Of a stretch of DNA of 64,000 nt, positions 1 to 7,845 are shown in pieces; positions within the stretch are counted from its first letter, which is position 1; each line of letters opens with the position of its first letter. Location: the NCBI GenBank assembly GCA_041946875.1, contig JBHGBG010000001.1, positions 10,996-74,995 of the forward strand, given 5' to 3'. The notes below the pieces were generated by a model. That model was not told the origin of the DNA. It ran no database searches and saw only the letters and a program-made list of their open reading frames with translations. A program made the translations under genes and the position numbers. The stretch comes from Candidatus Bathyarchaeia archaeon (GTDB lineage: Archaea > Thermoproteota > Bathyarchaeia > Bathyarchaeales > Bathycorpusculaceae).

Positions 1-19
1 CGCCATATACTGCGCTTGT

Positions 20-1219
20 ATGAGCAGCCTTGAGATACAGATAATCACCGATCTCGCCATCCTGCTGGCTGTCGCGTCTGTAGTCACCTTGGTTTTCCAC
101 AAGCTGAAGCAGCCTCTCATAGTCGGATACCTCATCGCAGGTATCATCGTAGGACCCTACACGCCGCCCTTCAGTCTTATTGGGCACACGGAAATTCTAA
201 GTGTCTTCGCCGAGATAGGTGTTATACTGCTTCTCTTCACCATAGGATTAGAGTTTCCAGTAAACAGACTGCGGTCAATATCGCATGTTGTCATCGGTGT
301 TTCCGCCTTTGAAATAACCATGATGCTCGCCGTAAGCTGGGTTTTAGGCACCTTCCTGCGCTGGTCATATTTTGACACGCTGTTTCTGGGCGCAGCACTC
401 GCCAGCAGCAGCACGACTATAATCGCCAAAGTCCTGAGCGATATGGGAAAGCTCAAGGAAATCAGTTCCGTCATCATGCTCGGCATACTTGTCGTGGAAG
501 ATGTAGTCGTGGTGATTATCCTCTCGATGCTCCAGAACTTTGCCACCGTCAGCGCAATATCCCTCGAGTCAGCTCTTTGGCTAGTGTTGAAACTCGTCGC
601 TTTCATCGGCGGAACACTAATCATCGGACACCACTTCCTTCCTAAACTCATTGACCGGGTCGCTGGACTCGACAACCGAGAGCTCCTCTACATTCTCATG
701 CTTGGCTTATGCTTCGGCTTCTCCATAATCGCTTACCTCATCGGCTTCTCCGTAGCCATAGGCGCTTTCATAATCGGTGTCGTTGCAGCTAGGTCAGCCT
801 CACGAGAAGCAATCAACCGTGAAATTGACCCTCTCCAACTCGTCTTCGGCGCCATATTCTTCGTCTCTATGGGCGCCCTTATGGATATAAGTCAAATAGC
901 TAGGTATTGGCTTACAGCCTTATTTGTCACGTGCGCGGTTCTTGGAACAAAACTGGCAACCTGCGGGTTCGGTACCCGGTTCCTCGGATACGACAAGAAA
1001 ACGGCCTTAAGAGTCGGCTTGGGCATGGCGCAAATTGGCGAATTCGCCTTCATAGTCGTCAAAGCAGGTCAGGACTTGGGCGTTACGAGCAGCTTTCTGC
1101 TGCCTGTCATTGGCATAGCTGCCATAGTTACATCCTTCACAACGCCTTATCTGATTAGGTTCGCTTATAGGCAAGGGGTTGAGTCCACAGCACCAGAATC
1201 TCATGCTGATGGATGTTGA
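20..1219 (+). CDS. Cation:proton antiporter, CPA2/Kef-type membrane protein
   Basis: 399-aa polytopic membrane ORF. N-terminus LAVASVVTLVFHKLKQPLIVGYLIAGIIVGPY...EIGVILLLFTIGLEF is the typical Na+/H+ exchanger family signature. Confidence 0.75.
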   Translation: MSSLEIQIITDLAILLAVASVVTLVFHKLKQPLIVGYLIAGIIVGPYTPPFSLIGHTEILSVFAEIGVILLLFTIGLEFPVNRLRSISHVVIGVSAFEITMMLAVSWVLGTFLRWSYFDTLFLGAALASSSTTIIAKVLSDMGKLKEISSVIMLGILVVEDVVVVIILSMLQNFATVSAISLESALWLVLKLVAFIGGTLIIGHHFLPKLIDRVAGLDNRELLYILMLGLCFGFSIIAYLIGFSVAIGAFIIGVVAARSASREAINREIDPLQLVFGAIFFVSMGALMDISQIARYWLTALFVTCAVLGTKLATCGFGTRFLGYDKKTALRVGLGMAQIGEFAFIVVKAGQDLGVTSSFLLPVIGIAAIVTSFTTPYLIRFAYRQGVESTAPESHADGC

Positions 1220-1302
1220 CGCGGCAACTGGGCAGTCAAACTTAAACGTCCCCGCACGCCATATCGCATCCAAGACAACAAGGTCAACAGAAGAGGAGGC
1301 AC

Positions 1303-2493
1303 ATGTACAAACCGCTTGAAGTCTTGGGTCCGGAGCATGAGTTCTCCATAGTAGACTCTGATTTGAAACCGTTGCCCATCTCAGATCAGGTCATCAAAGA
1401 CTTCTGCGGACGCCTTGTGAACTTCGTCGAACTGCCCGACTTCACGTTCGGCAAAGAGCTTCAGCTGCACGTGATGGAGGTGAAAGCGAACGCGCCTTTC
1501 AAGTCGCCCGTCGAGTTCGAAGAAACCATGCACAAAGCCGTCGTTACCCTCGACAGCTTCCTTCAGAAGAAAATTGGTGCACATCTGCTGGGGACTGGGA
1601 TGCATCCGTTGCTTAAGCTTGAAGACACAGGCATCTGGCCACACAGACACAAAAAAATCTACCAAGCATACGCCCGCATCTTCAACCTGAAACAGCACGG
1701 CTGGCTGAATATCCAGAGCTTCCACCTAAATCTACCGTATGGAGACAGGAAGAGCGCCGTTGCACTCCACAACCGCCTAGCCTACTTAGCTGCGTACCTT
1801 CCAGCCATTTCAGCCTCGTCACCCATCTGCGAAGGAGCAATGGGCACAAGCGTGGACAACAGGCTAGCCTTCTACAAGGTTAACCAGCGTGAAGTGCCCA
1901 GCATCACGGGCGAAGTCATCCCAGAACCTGCCAGCTCACTCAGCCAATACAAAGAAAGCGTCATTGAAGGGTACAGCCGCGACTTGGCAGATGCAGGCGC
2001 AGACCGCTCAATCCTCCATAGGGAATGGGTTAACAGTCGAGGCGTCATATTCCGTTTCGACCGCCGCGCCCTCGAAGTTCGCATCATGGACGAGCAGGAG
2101 TGCGTCAAATCCGACGTAGCGCTCAGCTGTTTCATCCGTGCCACTCTGAGAGGACTAATCAAAGATGAAATAGCGCTCTTGCCGCATCCTGTGTTGGTTG
2201 GGGACTTCAACGCTGTCGCAGCACATGGACTCGACGCTGACGTCCAGAACTCGCTTGGTCCAACCGCACGTCAAGTGTGCGGGCATCTGTTCGAAATTGC
2301 TTGGGCAAACGCGCAGCCGGAAGAAAAGACGTACCTTCCTCTGGTTCAAAAGAGAATTGAAGGCGGCAACTTGTCCGACCTCATTCGCCAGAGAGTCCTG
2401 AAGAAGGCGCAGCGCACTGAACTCTCGGAGGCAATCGTCGCCGTGTATTCAACGCTTATTAACTGCCTCGCCACTAATCAACCCTACTTCTGA
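1303..2493 (+). CDS. Carboxylate-amine ligase / glutamate--cysteine ligase family 2 (GCS2) protein
   Basis: GAGGAGG ribosome-binding site a few nt upstream of the ATG. N-terminal GPEHEFSIVD and ELQLHVMEVKANAP...LLGTGMHP match the GCS2/YbdK pattern. Confidence 0.6.
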   Translation: MYKPLEVLGPEHEFSIVDSDLKPLPISDQVIKDFCGRLVNFVELPDFTFGKELQLHVMEVKANAPFKSPVEFEETMHKAVVTLDSFLQKKIGAHLLGTGMHPLLKLEDTGIWPHRHKKIYQAYARIFNLKQHGWLNIQSFHLNLPYGDRKSAVALHNRLAYLAAYLPAISASSPICEGAMGTSVDNRLAFYKVNQREVPSITGEVIPEPASSLSQYKESVIEGYSRDLADAGADRSILHREWVNSRGVIFRFDRRALEVRIMDEQECVKSDVALSCFIRATLRGLIKDEIALLPHPVLVGDFNAVAAHGLDADVQNSLGPTARQVCGHLFEIAWANAQPEEKTYLPLVQKRIEGGNLSDLIRQRVLKKAQRTELSEAIVAVYSTLINCLATNQPYF

Positions 2494-2515
2494 ACGAACC
2501 AGGAGAAACTGTCCC

Positions 2516-3052
2516 GTGTCTGAAGGCAAGACCTGCTCCTTCAACGTCTGCAGCCAGTGCAAGCTCAACTGCTGCGTGGATGCCAATCCTCCGTTAACGG
2601 CTGCGCGTCAGAGAACTATCTTGGAGTATCTTCGTGAGCAAGACCTTAATATCCCAGCCCCTTTTGTCCAAGAAGCGTATTTGCACGCCGCCGCAGACGA
2701 GGAAGGTTACTGCGTCTTCCATGAGAGACAAACGGGCCGATGCCTCATACACCCGATCAAGCCCGAAACCTGCAAGGCGGGACCTGTGACGTTCGACATA
2801 AACCCGCAAACAGGCAAAATCGAGTGGTTCCTGAAGAACAACGAAATCTGCAGGCTCGCCCAGGAACTTCGCGGGGACGATGAACGGTTCAGCGCGCATT
2901 TCAGCATAGCCAAGACCGAGTTGTTGCGGCTGACTTCTGAACTAGATTCGGAAGCCTTGAAGTCAATTCTGAAAATCGAGGAGCCGCAAACATCCAAGAT
3001 AGGCGAGAATCAACTATCTGAAGCAATGCTCCACAAACTTGGTATCCGATAG
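2516..3052 (+). CDS. YkgJ/UPF0153-type Cys-cluster (putative Fe-S/zinc) protein
   Basis: CSQCKLNCC N-terminal cysteine cluster plus a downstream C..H..C.IH...PE.CK pattern. Confidence 0.5.
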   Translation: MSEGKTCSFNVCSQCKLNCCVDANPPLTAARQRTILEYLREQDLNIPAPFVQEAYLHAAADEEGYCVFHERQTGRCLIHPIKPETCKAGPVTFDINPQTGKIEWFLKNNEICRLAQELRGDDERFSAHFSIAKTELLRLTSELDSEALKSILKIEEPQTSKIGENQLSEAMLHKLGIR

Positions 3053-3135
3053 AAGCTATCCGTGTTCTATGCAACAAGTTAATAAATCCGACTGTCATAC
3101 CTATAACTCCGCCCATTGGGGGAGAGAAGAATCAT

Positions 3136-3672
3136 ATGAAAGAAATTGAGCAGAGAATGCTCTGCGAACTCGTGAGAAACTCGAGGAGAAGCGACCGAGA
3201 ACTCGCCAAAGCAATAGGCACGTCGCAACCCACGGCGACCAGAGTCAGGACAAAGCTTGAGAAAGAAGGTTACATCAAAGAGTACACGGCACTGCCTGAC
3301 ATCGCCAAAATCGGCTATTCCATAATGGCGCTGCACTTCTTGAAACTGGACTTACGGCTGACGCAGCAGGAACTCCAAGAATTCAAGATATCGCACTGCG
3401 AGGCTATCATGAAGAGCAACTGTCCCGTGTTCATCTGCAAGAACGGCATGGGCTTGGGATACAATGCCGTAATCCTTTCACTCCACGAAAACTACCACTC
3501 TTGTGACCAGTTCCGCATGGCGATGCGGGAATCCATGCCCCAGTACCTGACCGATATGGACACGTTCCTGATAAACCTCGCCGATGAAAAAATGGGTCTG
3601 CCCTTCAGCTTCGGACTCTTCGCCAGTCAGCTGAAGCCCCCGTCAGCCAAGACTCAGCAGAACCAGCAATAG
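3136..3672 (+). CDS. Transcriptional regulator with N-terminal AsnC/Lrp-type winged HTH
   Basis: MLCELVRNSRRSDRELAKAIGTSQPTATRVRTKLEKEGYIKEY is an HTH_AsnC-like motif. The C-terminal half is not recognised. Confidence 0.5.
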   Translation: MKEIEQRMLCELVRNSRRSDRELAKAIGTSQPTATRVRTKLEKEGYIKEYTALPDIAKIGYSIMALHFLKLDLRLTQQELQEFKISHCEAIMKSNCPVFICKNGMGLGYNAVILSLHENYHSCDQFRMAMRESMPQYLTDMDTFLINLADEKMGLPFSFGLFASQLKPPSAKTQQNQQ

Positions 3673-3675
3673 CCT

Positions 3676-4005
3676 TCACAGCAGACCTGCCTGCTGTAAC
3701 CTCATCGCCAAACCGATGTCGCCCTTAAGTTGGAGTTTGCCAGAGAAAAAGGCCTGCATCCCACTCAATTTGCCGCTCATAAGATCCATGAAATCCTGCT
3801 CTTTCATACTCACCGAAAGCTTCGGCGATTGGTGAGTCCCCTCCTTGATGTCCAACTTCTGGTCTTTTATGGTGACAGCCCACTTGCCTCCGTTGGGACC
3901 GTCGATGTTTACCTGGACTAAGGCGTCTATGCCAGCAGCCTTAGCTGCGTTGAACCTTTGCGGAAAGACTTTTTCCATGAATTCTCTGGGGGTTATGGCT
4001 TCCAT
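3676..4005 (-). CDS. SCP2 sterol-binding-domain protein
   Basis: 109 aa ending FFSGKLQLKGDIGLAMRLQ, the typical SCP2 C-terminal motif. Confidence 0.65.
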   Translation of the reverse strand: MEAITPREFMEKVFPQRFNAAKAAGIDALVQVNIDGPNGGKWAVTIKDQKLDIKEGTHQSPKLSVSMKEQDFMDLMSGKLSGMQAFFSGKLQLKGDIGLAMRLQQAGLL

Positions 4006-4814
4006 ACAGTTTCCTGTCCTCTGAACAAGTCTTTTTGTTTGGGTCTCGTGAGTTCCCGTGCAGAGCCGGTCTCGTCGACACTGAATTTGTATCCTCTGAC
4101 GATGGCGGCTGGTATCCCCTCGCTTGCCTGTCCGATGACGAGTTCGGCGGCTGATGTTAGTTCATCAGCGATGCAGGTCTGTTTCACTCTGAGGACGTAG
4201 CCGAAAAGGTCTTTCTCGCCGCGCCTGTCTCGTATGGGCTTGAACCCAGCCACGCCTATAGCGACGTTGATTTCGCCCATCCGCAGCGGGCGACCATGGG
4301 TGTCGGAGACGATGACGGCGATGTTGCGGCCAGTCAACCTGCGGATTTCCTGCCTGATGCCCTGCGCTGAAGCGTCGGGGTTCTGGGGAAGCAGAGCCAC
4401 GTTCTTGTCTCCCTGTACGTTTGACCGGTCTACGCCAGCGTTGGCGCAGACTATGCCGTGCCTCGTCTCGGTTATGAGGCTGTTCTGCCCCAAGCGCACG
4501 ATCTCCTTGGTTTCGCGCAGAATGACCTCGACCATGGCGGGTTCCTTGTCAACCTGCTTGGCTATCTCCAGCGCTCTTGCAGAGGGTGTGACCTCGTCGA
4601 GGTTGACGACGTTGCCCTCGGCTTTCGAGACGGCGACGTGAGTGACGACGATGACGTCGTTTTCCTCGATAGGCGTACCCTGCTTCTCCGCTGCGGTGCA
4701 GATGAGTTGCCCTATGTTGTCTCCTTTTTTGAACAGTGGTAGACCCTCGACGGCGATGACTCTGACTGTGCCCACGTTTGTCGCCTTGATTATGACTTGC
4801 AAGTGCTTACACAT
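3993..4814 (-). CDS. cofE: Coenzyme F420-0:L-glutamate ligase
   Basis: Motifs VVTHVAVSKAEG, GIVCANAGVDRSN, VIVSDTHGRPLRMG and NVAIGVAG. I chose the internal ATG at 4814 (MCKHLQ); the track's upstream extension to 4937 has no homology. Confidence 0.85.
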   Translation of the reverse strand: MCKHLQVIIKATNVGTVRVIAVEGLPLFKKGDNIGQLICTAAEKQGTPIEENDVIVVTHVAVSKAEGNVVNLDEVTPSARALEIAKQVDKEPAMVEVILRETKEIVRLGQNSLITETRHGIVCANAGVDRSNVQGDKNVALLPQNPDASAQGIRQEIRRLTGRNIAVIVSDTHGRPLRMGEINVAIGVAGFKPIRDRRGEKDLFGYVLRVKQTCIADELTSAAELVIGQASEGIPAAIVRGYKFSVDETGSARELTRPKQKDLFRGQETVWKP

Positions 4815-4970
4815 ACTTATAAACAGAAACCCCGTCATGGCTCTCGAGAACGGTAACGCTGCAGAACCAGCTTTCTCCGTCAAAAGGCGGTTGCTGGGGC
4901 AAGAACTTGGCAGGACGACAGCTTTTAAAGCTTGCACTCAGTATAGCTTTCTCCAGAAGAAGGAATCTTC

Positions 4971-5252
4971 ATGGATTACCCGAAAATCGTTGAAATGATT
5001 CCCGCTGAGAAGTGGGGACCGCTATCTGAACAATTAGTCGGCGTCATTCTCGGGTCAAAAAACGACGAGAGGATGCCCAACGCACTCGCCAACGCCATGC
5101 TCCTGCACATGAAAAACGGCACAGCCAACACGAAAGCAGGCTTGGCTATTCTGCTGGAAGCGGCGGTAATGCTGGACGCTGAGAAAACCGTAACCACGCT
5201 GGGCGATATGCAGCTGCTGAAGATAGCTGAGCAAGTAGTCCAAGGAATGTGA
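4971..5252 (+). CDS. Hypothetical small protein (93 aa) between cofE and mer
   Basis: Clean ORF that fills the intergenic gap, with a stop 14 nt before the mer ATG. No motif recognised. Confidence 0.4.
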   Translation: MDYPKIVEMIPAEKWGPLSEQLVGVILGSKNDERMPNALANAMLLHMKNGTANTKAGLAILLEAAVMLDAEKTVTTLGDMQLLKIAEQVVQGM

Positions 5253-5268
5253 AAAGGAGGAAGATGAA

Positions 5269-6267
5269 ATGGCACTCAAATTTGGAATTGAATTCGTTCC
5301 AAAAGACCCCTACTGGAAACTAGCTGCGTACGCGATTCAAGCTGAGAACCGCGGGTTCAGCAACCTCTGGGTGACCGACCACTACGGCAACCGCAACGTC
5401 TACGTCACTCTAGCAGCCGCGGCCATGTACACGAATAAGATTACGTTCGGCACGGGCGTAACCAACCCCTGGATGGTCAACCCAGTCATAACCGCACAGG
5501 CTATCGCCACGCTGAACGAGCTGGCGCCAGGCAGAGTGGTTCTGGGCATGGGCGCCGGCGACAAGACTACTCTTGAAGCGGTTGGCGTGGAAATGGGTAA
5601 GCCACTCGCCGCCGTAAAAGAAGCCATAGAATTGTTCCGCAAATTGACCGCGGGCGAAACCGTGGCTTATCAGGGCGAAGTGTTCAAGACTGCGGGCGCC
5701 AAATTCAACTTCAAGACGAAGAACAAGATTCCCGTCTACGTCGGCGCTCAAGGTCCAAAGATGCTGGAGATGGCTGGAAAAATCGGGGACGGCGTCTTGG
5801 TCAACGCAAGCCATCCGAGCGACATAGGCTACGCCGTCAAAATGGCCGGCGAAGGCATGAAGCAAGCAGGTAAATCGGCAGCGGACGTGGACATCGCGGC
5901 GTACACCTCGTTCAGTATAAACGAGGACCCGAAGAAAGCCGTGAAAGCCGCCTTGCCAGTTGTCGCCTTCATCGTTGCGGGAAGCCCACCGCCCGTCCTC
6001 GAGAAGCACGGAATCAGCCCGGGAAAAGCTGACGAAATCCGCGCAGCCCTCAAGGTCGGCGATTTCCCGAAAGCATTGGGCGCGGTTACTCCCGAGATGA
6101 TAAACGCCTTCTCCATCAGCGGCACGCCCGACGTTTGCATCGAGAAAATCACGGAGCTGAAGAAAATCGGCATCAGCCAATTCGTCGTCGGCTCGCCCAT
6201 AGGCACGAACGTCAAAGCCGCCATAGACCTCATCGGCGCGAAGATTATTCCGCACTTCAAGGAGTAA
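5269..6267 (+). CDS. mer: F420-dependent 5,10-methylenetetrahydromethanopterin reductase (Mer), LLM-class oxidoreductase
   Basis: GGAGG ribosome-binding site upstream. Near full-length resemblance to Mer: KFGIEFVP, VTDHY.NR, GTGVTNP, GMGAGDK, YVGAQGPKMLEMAG, VAFIVAGSPP, FSISGTPD. Confidence 0.85.
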   Translation: MALKFGIEFVPKDPYWKLAAYAIQAENRGFSNLWVTDHYGNRNVYVTLAAAAMYTNKITFGTGVTNPWMVNPVITAQAIATLNELAPGRVVLGMGAGDKTTLEAVGVEMGKPLAAVKEAIELFRKLTAGETVAYQGEVFKTAGAKFNFKTKNKIPVYVGAQGPKMLEMAGKIGDGVLVNASHPSDIGYAVKMAGEGMKQAGKSAADVDIAAYTSFSINEDPKKAVKAALPVVAFIVAGSPPPVLEKHGISPGKADEIRAALKVGDFPKALGAVTPEMINAFSISGTPDVCIEKITELKKIGISQFVVGSPIGTNVKAAIDLIGAKIIPHFKE

Positions 6268-6378
6268 ACCGTTGGCATAGGCGCCTGCTTTCTTGGGCGC
6301 CATCAAAATATTTTTTAGGCATCTCCGTTTGACATTTCCAAAGCGACAGCGCGGTATGCGCTTCTGGCGGTTTCGGAC

Positions 6379-7032
6379 TTGGCTGTCTTTGCGGTTGTGC
6401 CTGTGAAGAGTCTGGGAGTTTCGAAAAGGCGGCTCTCTGCGCTGCTCAGCCCTCAGGAGCGCAAGTTGCTGACGTTGGCTATGCTGGAGGACGTGGTGCG
6501 AGTCCTGCAGGCTTCGGTTGTGCGTGAAACCGTCGTCGTCAGCAACGACCCTGACGTGCATGAAGTGGCTGCACGGTTCGGCGTCCGCTACTTGTCTGCG
6601 GCTCACTCGGGTCTGAACCCAGCCATCGAAGAGGCGACGGAGCTGTGCGTGCAGAGTCAGGCGGAATCCGTTCTTGTGATTCCAGCCGACGTCCCGCTTC
6701 TAAAGCCGAGAGACATCGACTGCACGGTCGGCTTGGGGTCAGACGGCGAAACCGTTGTGCTGTCTCCTTCGTCGACTGGGGGAACGAACGTGCTCTTCAG
6801 AAAACCTCCGAATGCGATAGCGGCGAACTTCGGGCCTCGGAGTTTCGTGAATCACTTCCGGGAAGCTCGACGCCGAGGTTTGAGGGTGAGGTTCTTCTAC
6901 TCTGTAGGAACTGGCACGGACATCGATTCCGCCGAGGACTTGAAGAAGCTGTTCGAAGTCCAGAACAACACACTCAGCAAACATGTTCTGGAGCAGATGC
7001 AACTGCGAAGCCGAAGACGCAGGCTGCGCTGA
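6379..7032 (+). CDS. cofC: 2-phospho-L-lactate guanylyltransferase
   Basis: TTG start. AVVPVKSLGVSKRRLS at the N-terminus and VLVIPADVPLL are typical CofC features. Confidence 0.75.
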   Translation: MAVFAVVPVKSLGVSKRRLSALLSPQERKLLTLAMLEDVVRVLQASVVRETVVVSNDPDVHEVAARFGVRYLSAAHSGLNPAIEEATELCVQSQAESVLVIPADVPLLKPRDIDCTVGLGSDGETVVLSPSSTGGTNVLFRKPPNAIAANFGPRSFVNHFREARRRGLRVRFFYSVGTGTDIDSAEDLKKLFEVQNNTLSKHVLEQMQLRSRRRRLR

Positions 7033-7064
7033 CGAAAAAGCAGATGCAGAAGAAGAGGGAATAG

Positions 7065-7751
7065 TTAGGTGCGTGGGACGCCGATTATGCGGATTCCTGC
7101 ACCCTTCACTTTGTACCTGATGTTTATGGAAATGAGCGCTGCAGTCATGGTTTCGACAACCACGGCGTTCTGAATCATGCCCGCGTCGAAAGCGCCGATG
7201 CCGACTTTCTTGATTAAGCCGATGACCATTTCGCGTGTGTCTCGGTCTGCGCCCACGACGAGGACGTCGGTTTCGATTTTCTCGTCGAATTTCTCCAGTT
7301 GCTCGGGGCTGATGTTCTGGAAGGCGTCGACGACCTTGGTTCCCTCGCCGAAGAACGTCTGGATTTCCATGGCGATGGAGCCTGCGGGATTTATGCGGGC
7401 GCGGCTTTTCTTCTCAGCGTCTAGGCTGCTGGCGATGTTTATGATGACTTTTCCAGCGGCGGCTGGTTTGATGTCTTCTAGGATGGGTTTCATGCCGTCG
7501 TACGGTACGGCGAGCAGGACGACGTCGGCTTTGGCTGTGGCTTCGCGGTTGGTGTAGCCTTCGACGTTCTTTATGCCAAATTTGCCGTTTATGACAGCTG
7601 CCGTGTTCTGGGCTTTCATGGCGTCGCGGCTGCCGATTATGGTGCGGACGCCTGCTTTGGCGAATCGCATGGCGATGGCGCTTCCTTCTTTGCCTGTGCC
7701 GCCGATTATCGCGAGTGAGGGGTTAGGGTTTAAGACTGTTTGGGTTGACAT
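7065..7751 (-). CDS. npdG: NADPH-dependent F420 reductase
   Basis: Rossmann motif IIGGTGKEGSAIAMRFAKAG, then VVLLAVPY and the rest of the NpdG/FNO-like layout. Confidence 0.8.
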   Translation of the reverse strand: MSTQTVLNPNPSLAIIGGTGKEGSAIAMRFAKAGVRTIIGSRDAMKAQNTAAVINGKFGIKNVEGYTNREATAKADVVLLAVPYDGMKPILEDIKPAAAGKVIINIASSLDAEKKSRARINPAGSIAMEIQTFFGEGTKVVDAFQNISPEQLEKFDEKIETDVLVVGADRDTREMVIGLIKKVGIGAFDAGMIQNAVVVETMTAALISINIRYKVKGAGIRIIGVPRT

Positions 7752-7845
7752 TTCTTATTCCTCTGGGCAGTACATCTCACCTGTTTCTTATTATTTTTTT
7801 CGGAGAGTCGAAGCTTGGGAAGATTTTAAAAAGGAACCGCGTCAA

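Noticed and set aside
5410-6606. 398-aa ORF on the minus strand
   Set aside because: It is entirely antisense to the well-supported mer gene and the cofC 5' end. The composition is Arg/His/Gly-rich with no motifs, as expected for a shadow ORF in GC-rich coding DNA.
7573-7845. Upstream extensions of track ORFs (7573 for acs; also 4815-4937 cofE, 36541-36708 nadC, 54071-54223 UPF0104, 32068-32139 bud32, 20264-20392 QueG-like)
   Set aside because: The extensions overlap neighbouring genes or promoters and carry no homology. Internal ATGs coincide with the start of family conservation.
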